Shown here piece by piece: positions 39,447 through 49,566 of a stretch of 64,000 bases of DNA. Made by a program: the position numbers and the translations under genes. Within the stretch, counting starts at the first letter, position 1, and each line of letters begins with the position of its first letter. Source of the DNA: Eubacteriales bacterium (GTDB lineage Bacteria; Bacillota; Clostridia; Oscillospirales; CAG-272); NCBI GenBank assembly GCA_045632305.1, contig JAZQWL010000020.1, positions 677 through 64,676 on the forward strand, written 5' to 3'. Under the pieces are notes generated by a model. It did no database searches. It was not told the origin of the DNA and saw nothing but the letters and a program-made list of their open reading frames with translations.

Positions 39447-40505
39447 ATGAAGCATAAAAAGAAGCATCAGAAATACAAGAAAAAAATGACGAAAAAAGAA
39501 TTGCACACCGAAATCAAAAACATCTTTTTGGTTATTGTCGGCTCGATAATTCTCGGCCTCGGTACGGGTATATTTCTCGTTCCGTTCAACATTATCGCCG
39601 GCGGAGTGACAGGTATCGGAATCGCCCTCGATTCCGCTCTTTCCCCCACCATCCCAAGTTCTGTAATAGCTGTACTTGAAGGCTTCAGTCTTACGGTAAT
39701 GGATGTCTACGTAGCGCTGCTTACGTGGCTTATGTTCTTCATCGGTCTGTTCATCCTCGGTAAGAACTTCGCCATAAAAACCCTGATCTCCTCCATCTTC
39801 TATCCCATTTTCTTCTCGCTGGCAAGCCGACTTATTTCCAACGATATCATGGGCGGCTTCTTCAACCTTAAGAACAGCGCGAACCCCGACCTCGCTCTTC
39901 TCTTGGCTGCCGTTTGCGGCGGCGCGCTCGTGGGCGCAGGATGCGCGATCACGTTTATGGGTGGCGGATCAACGGGAGGCGTCGATATAATCGCGCTTTC
40001 GATCTGCAAATTTTTCAAGCGTCTTAAAAGCTCCGTTGTCATCTTCTGCGTGGACGCGGCGGTGATTCTCATCGGTATGTTCGCGCTCAAGAATTTCACG
40101 CTCTCTCTTATAGGCGTTGCGTCCGCTATGGTTTGCGCAATGGTTATTGACAACCTCTTCGTAGGAAGCTTCAAGGCGTTCAAGGCAGATATCATCTCAC
40201 CGCGCGCCGACGAGATCAACGAAATGGTCAGAAAAAAGCTCAACCGCACAACTACGTTCATCAACGTTATCGGCGGATATTCGGGTGAAAAGAAAAAGAT
40301 GGTCATGGTTACCTTCACCATCCGCGAATATTCCGAGGTACTCAATATAATCAACACGGTAGACCCGGACGCGTTCGTAACTATATCAAACGCTCACGAG
40401 ATCAACGGAGAGGGCTGGACCTTCAACACCAAGAAGGAAGGCAAGAGCCGCGGTCAGCTCGAGCAGGAAAAAAAGCAAAACGTCAACTCTGACGATCACC
40501 AATAA
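39447..40505 (+). CDS. YitT-family membrane protein
   Basis: GGVTGI, GGSTGGVDII, C-terminal D-P-x-AF...HEINGEG domain. Confidence 0.88.
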   Translation: MKHKKKHQKYKKKMTKKELHTEIKNIFLVIVGSIILGLGTGIFLVPFNIIAGGVTGIGIALDSALSPTIPSSVIAVLEGFSLTVMDVYVALLTWLMFFIGLFILGKNFAIKTLISSIFYPIFFSLASRLISNDIMGGFFNLKNSANPDLALLLAAVCGGALVGAGCAITFMGGGSTGGVDIIALSICKFFKRLKSSVVIFCVDAAVILIGMFALKNFTLSLIGVASAMVCAMVIDNLFVGSFKAFKADIISPRADEINEMVRKKLNRTTTFINVIGGYSGEKKKMVMVTFTIREYSEVLNIINTVDPDAFVTISNAHEINGEGWTFNTKKEGKSRGQLEQEKKQNVNSDDHQ

Positions 40506-40567
40506 AAAAATCGCACGGATTAGCGTGTTATCCTTAACGGAGACCACGCTAATCCGTGCAATTTTTT
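40504..40567. terminator. Bidirectional terminator between convergent genes
   Basis: gcacggattagcgtg...cacgctaatccgtgc flanked by A and T tracts. Confidence 0.8.
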
Positions 40568-42059
40568 ATTTATTTTTATCGGGATTTATTATCTTGTATA
40601 TAAGCGAAGCAAACTCCGCTCTTTCGGGATATTCTTCAAGATCAAGCTCCTGAAGCTCTGTAAAAACATTCTCAAGAGTAAGGGATCCGATATACTCACT
40701 TTCCTGAAGGATCATAACCGTCTTGATGACTGCGGACATAAACAGCATATCCTCATCGGGATCCGCTGTATACATATCAAGCGTGATCGGATATTCTGCG
40801 CCGTCATCAGTGACCGTCTTCGCGATTTTCCCGTACTTTGGTATCTCTGTATCCCTGAGCTTCAGCTCATAGCAAACCGTCATTGTATAACCGCTCGTGC
40901 CGTTTCTTACGGTCTCATCGGGCTCGGTCATACCTCCCGATGCCTCACTCTGCCGAGCGTATCCGATAAGACGGTATTCTTCAACGTATCTGCTGTCGAA
41001 CTCTACCGTAGCGGTAATATCGCCAAAATCGTAATACTGCTTGAAAAGCTCACTGCCAAGAACCTTCTCGCCCTCGCTCTCGCAATCGATATAGTAATAT
41101 CTGCCATTGCCCTTGCTTGCGAATTGTTCAAGCTTTTCGTTTTTGTAGTTACTGTAGCCGAGGCCTAAAACGTCGGTATATATTCCCTCACTCACCATTT
41201 TTTCGGTTATCGAGGAAAGCTTGCCGGGAATGTCGCCGTCGGAAACAATAATAACTCTGTTATTGCCGCCCTGGATAAAATGCCTCTTGGCAATATCATA
41301 CGCGGCTTGAATATCTGTGTTCGTATTTGTATCGCCCGTTATTTCAATACTGTCAAGCGCCTCAAGGATCTGATCAGACCAGTCTCCTCTGCAGCCGCTG
41401 AGAACGATCTCGGACGTGCCCGTGCTGGTCACGATAGAAATCGTATCGTATATATCTATCGAGGACACGAAATGCGGAAAGACTTTCTTGAATAGCGGAA
41501 GAACGTCCACTCTTGCCATGGATTCCGAAATGTCAATACAGAAAACCAGATTGTTGGGAAGTGTGGATACCGCCTCCTGTCTTCTTACGGTGAATCTGTA
41601 GATCAAGGTGTCTTCATTCCACGGACAGTCGAACAAGCTCTCGCCTATACCCTCCGCCATTGAATGAATATTTGTTGAAAGATCAAAATAATTGATGAAT
41701 TCCTCAACGTTGAAGCCGTAGCTGCATTTCTTTATCTGATCGAACGTATAATTTCTGTTGACAAGCGTTCTGAAATACAGATAGGAGGATATACCGGAAT
41801 TCATAACTACGGAAGAGATGGGGGCATCTTCAACCTTAACGAACTTGTTTTCCGATTTTTCTTCCGACTCGGTATTAGCGGAGGTTATCTCCTCACTGTT
41901 GTTTTCATGCTTATCCTTGTCGTTTTTGTTGGGAGTGCCGTGACTTACCGAGGAATTATTCGTATGGTCCTCGGTGAAAATTCCCACCTTGCGATTTGAG
42001 CAGCCCGAAAGCACTAAAATCATAACCGCCAACAGGACGCATATTATTCTTTTGTTCAT
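40566..42059 (-). CDS. Lipoprotein with von Willebrand factor A domain (YfbK-like)
   Basis: Lipobox LSGC, EEFINYF, DISES MIDAS, GNNRVIIVSDGD, GNGRYYYID, YRLIGY. Confidence 0.82.
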   Translation of the reverse strand: MNKRIICVLLAVMILVLSGCSNRKVGIFTEDHTNNSSVSHGTPNKNDKDKHENNSEEITSANTESEEKSENKFVKVEDAPISSVVMNSGISSYLYFRTLVNRNYTFDQIKKCSYGFNVEEFINYFDLSTNIHSMAEGIGESLFDCPWNEDTLIYRFTVRRQEAVSTLPNNLVFCIDISESMARVDVLPLFKKVFPHFVSSIDIYDTISIVTSTGTSEIVLSGCRGDWSDQILEALDSIEITGDTNTNTDIQAAYDIAKRHFIQGGNNRVIIVSDGDIPGKLSSITEKMVSEGIYTDVLGLGYSNYKNEKLEQFASKGNGRYYYIDCESEGEKVLGSELFKQYYDFGDITATVEFDSRYVEEYRLIGYARQSEASGGMTEPDETVRNGTSGYTMTVCYELKLRDTEIPKYGKIAKTVTDDGAEYPITLDMYTADPDEDMLFMSAVIKTVMILQESEYIGSLTLENVFTELQELDLEEYPERAEFASLIYKIINPDKNK

Positions 42060-42308
42060 TTTAAAGGCCGCCTCCCTTCACCGTTACATACACAGTAATA
42101 ATATCACATTTTTTGATTTATGTCAAGCAAATATTAAATTCACTGTCGAAAACGGGCGAAAAATTCGCTTATTACGATTAATTACCGAAAAATTTAAGCT
42201 TTTCCTATTGTAAAATAAAAAAACATCTGTTATAATATTATTTTGGAAACATAAATTCATTATTTTAGAAAGGCATGCTGCCCATTCGCAGTATGTAAGG
42301 GTAAAAAA

Positions 42309-44276
42309 ATGGAAAACAAGGGTAAGTATTATATAACTACCGCAATCGCTTATGCGTCAAGAAAGCCCCACTTTGGCAACACATACGAAGTAATCGCAAC
42401 CGACGCTATGGCAAGATACAAGAGAGCGTGCGGCTACGACGTATTCTTCTGCACGGGTACTGACGAGCACGGTCAGAAGATCGAAAACTTGGCTAAAGAC
42501 GCGGGCATCACTCCCAAGGCATACGTTGACGGCGTTGCGGGTGAGATCAAAAACGTTTGGGACGGAATGAACACAAGCTACGACTACTTCATCCGTACAA
42601 CTGACGATTACCACGAAGCGGCAGTAGCGAAGATATTCAAGAAATTCTTCGAGCAGGGCGACATATACAAGGGCAAATACGAGGGTTGGTACTGTACTCC
42701 CTGTGAATCATTCTTCACAGAAACTCAGGCAGAGGGCGGCAAGTGTCCCGACTGTGGCCGTGAGGTACAGAAGGCAAGCGAAGAGGCATACTTCTTCAAA
42801 ATGTCAAGGTATGCTGACAGACTTATGAAGCACATTGACGAGAACCCCGACTTTATTCAGCCCGAATCAAGAAAGAAGGAAATGGTAAACAACTTCTTAA
42901 AGGCAGGTCTTCAGGACCTTTGCGTTTCAAGAACCTCCTTTACATGGGGTATTCCCGTAAGCTTCGACCCCAAGCACGTAACCTACGTTTGGCTTGACGC
43001 GCTTACAAACTATATCACAGCTATCGGCTACGATCCCGATAAGTCATTCGAGGAACAGAGCGAGCATTTCAAAAAATACTGGCCCTGCGACGTTCACGTT
43101 ATCGGTAAGGATATTCTCCGTTTCCATACAATTTACTGGCCTATCTTCCTTATGGCCCTTGACATTCCTCTCCCGAAGCAGATCTTCGGTCATCCCTGGT
43201 TCAACTTCGGAGCAGATAAGATGTCAAAATCCCGCGGAAACGTTATTTACGCGGACGAGCTTGCAACACGCTTTGGCACTGACGGCGTAAGATACTATGC
43301 TCTCTCCGAAATGCCTTTTGGTAGCGACGGCAGTATCACTTACGAAACAGTTATCAAGAGATACAACACAGACCTCGTAAACAATCTCGGTAACCTTGTA
43401 AAGCGTACACTCGATATGCAGAAGAAGTATTTCGACAAGGTAATTATGGCTCCCACAGTAAAGGAAGAGCTTGATGACGAGCTTGTTGCAAAGTGCGTTG
43501 ATACATTTGCAAAGTACTGCGCTAATATGGATACGTTCCACATCGCAGATGCGCTCGAGGTTGTGTTCGACATGCTCTCAAGAGCAAACAAGTACATCGA
43601 CGAAACAACTCCCTGGGTGCTTGCAAAGGACGAAGCAAAGCACGAGCGACTCGGCACAGTTCTCTACAACCTCCTCGAAACAATTCGTTGGGGTGCTGTA
43701 ATGCTCGCTCCTTTCATTCCCGCAACCTGCGAGGAAATTCTTTCCCAGCTCGGCACGGACAAGATTGGCTTTGATACTATCGGCACAACAGAAAACTTCG
43801 GCGGTATGGTTGCAGGCAACACAGTTGGCGACTCCCGTGTAATGTTTGCAAGAATCGACGAAGCAAAGATGCTCGCTGAACTCGAAGCAGAAATGGAAGC
43901 TAAGAGAATTGCGGCTGAAAAGGCAGAAAAGGCAAAGGAAAAGCCCGAGGGCTGCGCTATTATCGGCATTCAGGATTTCATGAACGTTGAGCTTCGCACA
44001 GCGCAGATCATTGAATGCGAAAAGGTTCCGAAGGCAAAGAAGCTCTTAAAGCTCCAGATCGACCTCGGCTACGAAAAGCGTCAGGTAGTTTCCGGTATTG
44101 CTAAGTACTACACACGCGAGGAGCTTATCGGCAAAAAGGTTATCGTTGTAGCTAACCTCTCCCCCGCAACACTCTGCGGAATCGAATCCAACGGTATGAT
44201 CCTCGCCTCCGGTGAAGAAGACGTACGCGTTGTATTCCTCCACCCCGATACACAGCTCGGTGAAAGAGTAAGATAA
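42309..44276 (+). CDS. metG: Methionine--tRNA ligase with C-terminal tRNA-binding domain
   Basis: YYITTAI, HFGN, GTDEHG, CTPC/CPDC knuckle, YVWLDAL, KMSKS, RQVVSGI. Confidence 0.97.
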   Translation: MENKGKYYITTAIAYASRKPHFGNTYEVIATDAMARYKRACGYDVFFCTGTDEHGQKIENLAKDAGITPKAYVDGVAGEIKNVWDGMNTSYDYFIRTTDDYHEAAVAKIFKKFFEQGDIYKGKYEGWYCTPCESFFTETQAEGGKCPDCGREVQKASEEAYFFKMSRYADRLMKHIDENPDFIQPESRKKEMVNNFLKAGLQDLCVSRTSFTWGIPVSFDPKHVTYVWLDALTNYITAIGYDPDKSFEEQSEHFKKYWPCDVHVIGKDILRFHTIYWPIFLMALDIPLPKQIFGHPWFNFGADKMSKSRGNVIYADELATRFGTDGVRYYALSEMPFGSDGSITYETVIKRYNTDLVNNLGNLVKRTLDMQKKYFDKVIMAPTVKEELDDELVAKCVDTFAKYCANMDTFHIADALEVVFDMLSRANKYIDETTPWVLAKDEAKHERLGTVLYNLLETIRWGAVMLAPFIPATCEEILSQLGTDKIGFDTIGTTENFGGMVAGNTVGDSRVMFARIDEAKMLAELEAEMEAKRIAAEKAEKAKEKPEGCAIIGIQDFMNVELRTAQIIECEKVPKAKKLLKLQIDLGYEKRQVVSGIAKYYTREELIGKKVIVVANLSPATLCGIESNGMILASGEEDVRVVFLHPDTQLGERVR

Positions 44277-44290
44277 TTAAACTCAAAATT

Positions 44291-44321
44291 AAAAGGACGA
44301 AGAAATTCTTCGTCCTTTTTT
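44291..44321 (+). terminator. Terminator after metG
   Basis: aaaaggacgaagaa-a-ttcttcgtcctttttt. Confidence 0.8.
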
Positions 44322-44354
44322 ATTCAAATTTTTCTTTATTTTCAAAGAAATCTC

Positions 44355-44415
44355 TTGACTTCTTAATTTGTTTGTGCTACAATATCGTTAACTCGTTAAT
44401 TATTAACCCGTTAAC
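44355..44415 (+). promoter_or_regulatory. SigA promoter plus probable MarR operator
   Basis: TTGACT-17bp-TACAAT followed by near-palindrome GTTAAC-tc-GTTAAT-t-ATTAAC-cc-GTTAAC (44387-44415). Confidence 0.7.
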
Positions 44416-44435
44416 TTTTTGCACGGAGGCAACAA

Positions 44436-44906
44436 ATGCACGAAAACAAATATAAGGAGCTTATAATACTGCTCTGGCAAACGAACATTTTACACAGAAA
44501 GCTTGCCGAGAAGCGCGCGGCGAATATGGATCTTCAGCCGTCCCAACACAGAATGCTTATGTATCTTTCAAAGACGGAGGTAGCCCCTTCGCAATGTGAA
44601 ATAGCAAAGAAATTTGAGATAAGTCCCGCCGCGGTTTCAAACACACTTAAAAAGCTTGAAAAAATGGGATACGTTGAAAAAGCTTCGCTTTCGGATGAGG
44701 GCGACGGCAGAGTCAACGAAATAAAAATAACCGAAAAAGGAAAAGAGGAAGCGGACAATACACGCGAATATTTTTCCTGCATCGACAAGGCGATGTTCGA
44801 TGGATTTACCGACGAGGAGCTTAACACTCTCCAAGCGCTCCTGAAAAAAGCGTGCGACAATCTCCAAGCCACCGCCGAAGCTTCACAGGAGGACGCAAAT
44901 CAATGA
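44436..44906 (+). CDS. MarR-family transcriptional regulator
   Basis: SQ-x-EIA...ISPAAVS-x-x-LKKLEK-x-GYV...DGR...ITEKG winged HTH. Confidence 0.92.
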   Translation: MHENKYKELIILLWQTNILHRKLAEKRAANMDLQPSQHRMLMYLSKTEVAPSQCEIAKKFEISPAAVSNTLKKLEKMGYVEKASLSDEGDGRVNEIKITEKGKEEADNTREYFSCIDKAMFDGFTDEELNTLQALLKKACDNLQATAEASQEDANQ

Positions 44907-46651
44907 AAAAATGGACTAAATATATAAAGCCGTATACTAAATATTTCATACTCGGCCCGCTCTGTATGATAATCGAGGTCATAGGCGAGATCTTAATGCC
45001 CATATTCCTTGGCACGGTGATCGACTCCGCGCTCGCGGGCACCCTCACCGTCGGAAGATCCCTCGGCGTAATGGGTCTTATGATACTGACTGCGGTAATC
45101 ATGATGCTCGGCGGACTTGGCGGATCGTATTTTGGAGCAAAGGCAAGCGTAAATTTTGCGACCGATATACGTCGCGACCTTTTCTCAAAGGTACAGCTCT
45201 TCAGCTTCGCCAACATCGACAAATACTCCACGGGCTCTCTCGTTACACGTCTTACCAATGACGTTTCTCAGGTGCAGATGATGGTAAACATGGCTCTCCG
45301 AATGATGCTCCGCGCCCCCGGTATGCTTATCGGTGCTATCATCATGGCTGTAAGAAAGAGCCCCAGTCTCTCAACCGTGCTTCTCATTACCCTCCCCCTG
45401 CTTATTCTTTCCATTATATTTATTATCGCGCGCGGCATGCCCCTCTTTGCCAAGCGTCAGGAAAAGGTTGACGCGATAAACTCCACAGTTCAGGAAAACA
45501 TAACAAACGTACGCGTGGTAAAATCCTTTGTACGCGAGAGCTTTGAGGAAGAAAAGTTCAACACCGCAAACAAGAACCTCAAAAATTCGGGCATGTCCGC
45601 TATGAAGAACATGATCCTTATGAGCCCCTTCCAGACCTTCTTTATGTATCTTACCACGATCCTTGTTATCTGGTTCGGCTCGATACTCGTTATAAACAAC
45701 CTCGGTAATCCCGACGGATTTTCCGCGGGCGACCTCTCCGCGTTCACTATGTACGTGTCCCAGATCCTTCATTCGCTTATGATGGTAACCATGATGCTCA
45801 TGTTCTCCTCCCGCGCATTCGCTTCGGCAAGAAGAATTTCCGAGGTGCTTGACGAGGAGATCGACATAAAGGATCTTGAAAGCGCAGATAACGATGCCGT
45901 TATCAAACGCGGTCAGATCGAATTTCGAAACGTTTCCTTCCGTTATTATAAGAACAGCGCGGAGCCCGTGCTTGATAATGTTAATCTGGAAATCAAAGCC
46001 GGATCTACAGTCGGAATCATCGGTTCAACGGGCTGCGGCAAGACCACTCTCGTTTCCCTCATTCCCCGTCTTTACGATGCCGACGATGGAGAGATCCTCA
46101 TCGACGGCAGAAATATCAAGGACTACACTCTCTACAATCTCCGCGAGGGCGTCGGCATGGTGCTTCAGAAGAACGTGCTTTTCTCGGGAACTATTAAAGA
46201 AAATCTTCTCTGGGGCAAGGAGGACGCGACTGACGAAGAAATTTATGCCGTTGCCGAAAGCGCGCAGGCGCACAAATTTGTCGATAACTTCACTCATCAG
46301 TATGAAGCTATACTCGGTCAGGGCGGCGTAAACGTTTCGGGCGGACAGAAGCAGCGTCTCTGTATCGCTCGTGCGCTCCTCAAAAAGCCAAAGATCCTCA
46401 TTCTCGACGACTCCACAAGCGCGGTCGACACAGCAACCGAGGCAAATATCCGTAAGGCGTTCAAAAACGAGCTTGCGGACACGACGAAGATCATTATCGC
46501 TCAGAGAATTTCCTCTGTCAAGGATGCCGATATGATCGTGGTTATGGACGACGGCAGAATCACGGGCATCGGCGACCATAATACCCTGATGCAGACGAAT
46601 ATCGAGTATCAGGAGATCTACAACTCCCAGAACGACAGAAAGGAGGGGTAA
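44903..46651 (+). CDS. Heterodimeric multidrug-type ABC exporter, subunit 1 (degenerate site)
   Basis: TMD+NBD; GSTGCGKT, VSGGQ, LDDSTS (D for catalytic E), AQR switch; ATGA overlap with marR. Confidence 0.92.
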   Translation: MKKWTKYIKPYTKYFILGPLCMIIEVIGEILMPIFLGTVIDSALAGTLTVGRSLGVMGLMILTAVIMMLGGLGGSYFGAKASVNFATDIRRDLFSKVQLFSFANIDKYSTGSLVTRLTNDVSQVQMMVNMALRMMLRAPGMLIGAIIMAVRKSPSLSTVLLITLPLLILSIIFIIARGMPLFAKRQEKVDAINSTVQENITNVRVVKSFVRESFEEEKFNTANKNLKNSGMSAMKNMILMSPFQTFFMYLTTILVIWFGSILVINNLGNPDGFSAGDLSAFTMYVSQILHSLMMVTMMLMFSSRAFASARRISEVLDEEIDIKDLESADNDAVIKRGQIEFRNVSFRYYKNSAEPVLDNVNLEIKAGSTVGIIGSTGCGKTTLVSLIPRLYDADDGEILIDGRNIKDYTLYNLREGVGMVLQKNVLFSGTIKENLLWGKEDATDEEIYAVAESAQAHKFVDNFTHQYEAILGQGGVNVSGGQKQRLCIARALLKKPKILILDDSTSAVDTATEANIRKAFKNELADTTKIIIAQRISSVKDADMIVVMDDGRITGIGDHNTLMQTNIEYQEIYNSQNDRKEG

Positions 46652-46655
46652 GGCA

Positions 46656-48647
46656 ATGGCAAGAACACTCGAACAGCTCCAAAAGCAGTATAACAGCCAC
46701 GCAAAGCCGGGCAGACCGATGATGGGACGTCCGGGCGGCCCTCGAGGACACATGCGCGGCATGGGCGGCAAGCCCAAGGATATGAAGAAGACGGTAAGCC
46801 GTATTCTTTCATATATCGGCAACTACAAATATCTTCTCATTGTAGTATTCCTCTTTATGCTCCTCAACACGGTAACCTCACTTATAGGCGGATATATGAC
46901 GCGTCCGATACTCAACCGCCTCTCGGTTTTAGCGGGCTTTGAGATCGATGAGTCCTCCCTCTCCTCTCCGATATACAAATTCGCAGACTCGCTTATCCTT
47001 ACCTTCAAGGACGGCATGGGCAACTTTATAAGCTCCCTTGTAGGTGATTCCTACAACGCGGCGGCAACAGCGACTCTCTCGTATATCGCATCTGCGCTCA
47101 TAATTTTAGCTTCCGTTTATCTTATTACTATTCTCACGACCTATATTCAGGCGAGAATAATGCTCACGATCTCCCAAAATTCACTTGAAAAGATAAGAGT
47201 TGACCTCTTCAAAAAGCTCCAGAAGCTCCCCGTAAAATACTTTGACACCCACCCCACGGGCGAGGTTATGTCCCGCTTTACGAACGACGTCGACAGCATC
47301 GACACCATGCTCAACAATTCGCTCACGAGCATTGTTTCGGGCGTGATCACGCTTATCGGTACGTTTATATTTATGATAACCACGAGCTTCTGGCTAACGC
47401 TCGTTACGGTCTGCTTTATTCCCGTATTTTTCATGGGCGGTATGGCGATCGCGAAGAAATCAAGAAAATTCTATTCGGGACAGCAGGCAGCTCTCGGCGC
47501 GGCTAACGGATATATTGAAGAGACCGTTACAGGACAGCGAGTTATCAAGGTGTTCAACCACGAGGACACCTGCATCGAGGAATTCTCGGCGCTCAACGAG
47601 GATCTGCGAGACAAGCAGCTCAAATCCCAATTCTACGGCGGTATTATGGGCCCCATTATGGGAAATACCAGCCAGATAAGCTATGCCGTCACCATCGGCC
47701 TTGGCGGAATCCTCATGTGCCTCGGTCGTCTTGACCCCGGCGCGCTATCGGTTTTCGCAAACTATTCCCGTCAGTTCAGTATGCCTATTAACAACCTCTC
47801 CTCCCAGACCACCGCTATCTTCTCCGCCCTTGCGGGCGCGGAACGCGTTTTCGCGGTGATGGACGAAACCCCCGAGATGCCCGACGCTAACGATGCAAAT
47901 CAGATGGAAGGAATGCGCGGCGACGTGGTTTTCGACAACGTCACCTTCGGTTATAATCCCGACAAGGTCATTCTCAAAAATCTCACTCTCTACGCTCACC
48001 CCGGTCAGAAGATCGCGTTTGTCGGTTCAACAGGCGCGGGCAAGACCACGGTCACAAACCTCCTCTCCCGCTTCTACGACATTGAATCGGGAAGCATTAC
48101 GATCGACGGCGTAAGCATCAAGGACATCGGACGCGACGCGCTCCGCTCACACATCGCAATGGTGCTTCAGGACACCCACCTTTTCACGGGTACGGTTATG
48201 GAAAACATTCGTTACGGACGTCTTGACGCGACCGACGAAGAAGTAATCGAAGCGGCAAAAACCGCATCCGCTCACAGCTTTATTATGAGACTTTCCGACG
48301 GATACAACACGATGCTCGAGGGCGACGGAGCAAACCTCTCGCAAGGTCAGAGACAGCTTCTCAACATCGCCCGCGCGGCTCTCTCAAAAGCCCCCATCCT
48401 CGTTCTCGACGAGGCGACAAGCTCGGTCGACACAAGAACCGAGCGCCATATCGAAAAGGGTATGGATCGCCTGATGAAGAATCGCACGACCTTCGTTATT
48501 GCGCACCGACTTTCCACCGTTCGCAACTCAAACGCCATTATGGTGCTTGAAGCGGGCGAGATAATCGAGCGCGGAACTCACGAGCAATTACTCGATCTCG
48601 GCGGCAGATACTACGAGCTTTATACAGGTAAGCGCGAGCTTGATTAA
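46656..48647 (+). CDS. Heterodimeric multidrug-type ABC exporter, subunit 2
   Basis: TMD+NBD; GSTGAGKT, LSQGQ, LDEATS, AHRLST. Confidence 0.92.
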   Translation: MARTLEQLQKQYNSHAKPGRPMMGRPGGPRGHMRGMGGKPKDMKKTVSRILSYIGNYKYLLIVVFLFMLLNTVTSLIGGYMTRPILNRLSVLAGFEIDESSLSSPIYKFADSLILTFKDGMGNFISSLVGDSYNAAATATLSYIASALIILASVYLITILTTYIQARIMLTISQNSLEKIRVDLFKKLQKLPVKYFDTHPTGEVMSRFTNDVDSIDTMLNNSLTSIVSGVITLIGTFIFMITTSFWLTLVTVCFIPVFFMGGMAIAKKSRKFYSGQQAALGAANGYIEETVTGQRVIKVFNHEDTCIEEFSALNEDLRDKQLKSQFYGGIMGPIMGNTSQISYAVTIGLGGILMCLGRLDPGALSVFANYSRQFSMPINNLSSQTTAIFSALAGAERVFAVMDETPEMPDANDANQMEGMRGDVVFDNVTFGYNPDKVILKNLTLYAHPGQKIAFVGSTGAGKTTVTNLLSRFYDIESGSITIDGVSIKDIGRDALRSHIAMVLQDTHLFTGTVMENIRYGRLDATDEEVIEAAKTASAHSFIMRLSDGYNTMLEGDGANLSQGQRQLLNIARAALSKAPILVLDEATSSVDTRTERHIEKGMDRLMKNRTTFVIAHRLSTVRNSNAIMVLEAGEIIERGTHEQLLDLGGRYYELYTGKRELD

Positions 48648-48652
48648 AATAA

Positions 48653-49036
48653 AAAAACGCATCTGCAATGGGTGATGTTCTTAGCGGAGAATTTGAAATC
48701 TCTCGCTAAGTGCGAGCATCGCATTTGACCGGTCAAACGTACTTGGGCTAAGCCCAAACCCTTATACAAACAGAAAGAGCAAGCACACAGGATTAAATCT
48801 TGTATGTCTGCTCTTTTTCTGTTGGTTTTAGTTTAGAGCTATAAGGCTCGCTTTGCTCGCCGTTATGAGTTTGCTACGCAAACGTTATGATATGATTGCC
48901 CATCAATTTTTAAACTTGGCGAAGCCAATCATAACAATGCGTAGCATTTCATAACTCACAACTTGCCCGCAAGGGCAATCATAACTTAGCGTGATTTGTC
49001 CGCTTGGGACATCACGCTAACCGCAGGTGCGTTTTT
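48653..49036. mobile_element. Putative non-autonomous hairpin-rich element (MITE/REPIN-like)
   Basis: 14-bp terminal inverted repeats AAAAACGCA(T/C)CTGC; internal GTTATGA/TCATAAC repeats alternating with short hairpins. Confidence 0.55.
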
Positions 49037-49472
49037 ATGCCTTCTAAAAAGTAAATAAATTGTTAATTTTTATTTTTTCTTCGTCGAAACGGGTGGATTT
49101 TTGTGTCAAAAAGAACGAATTTCAGAGATATTTGTAACTGTGAATTTTAACTGAAATTCCCTCTTACAGCTCGGGAAAAAGATAAACAAAAACTGTTTAT
49201 TTTGTGCAATTTGCTATTTTAAAAAATCCAAAAAATCCTCTATTTTTCGAGGCTATTTTCCCCAGCGTTAAAAAAATAACTCGTGAAAATTGATATAATA
49301 TATAATAAAAGATGAAGGAAAATTTGTCAAAAATCTCACGATTGCCACAAATTCGTTAAATAATTGTCACCAATTTTGATAAATTTTTATCTTTTGGCTT
49401 TTTTTGGTTAAAACGCCAAAAAACCACCTGAAAATTTCGTATATTTTTTTAGAGTATTTTTAATGAAAGGTA

Positions 49473-49501
49473 TTGAAAAAATTGCGAAAATTTGATATAA
49501 T
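49473..49501 (+). promoter_or_regulatory. SigA promoter of the microcompartment operon
   Basis: TTGAAA-17bp-TATAAT with extended TG; downstream inverted repeat TTTTCAGG...CCTGAAAA. Confidence 0.65.
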
Positions 49502-49566
49502 AGATTCTGAAGAAGAATATTTTCAGGTCACCCCCTGAAAAAAACTGCATTTTGGAGGAAAAACAC

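Noticed and set aside
42060-42308. T-box or SAM riboswitch upstream of metG
   Set aside because: The leader after the predicted promoter is too short and lacks T-box or S-box consensus
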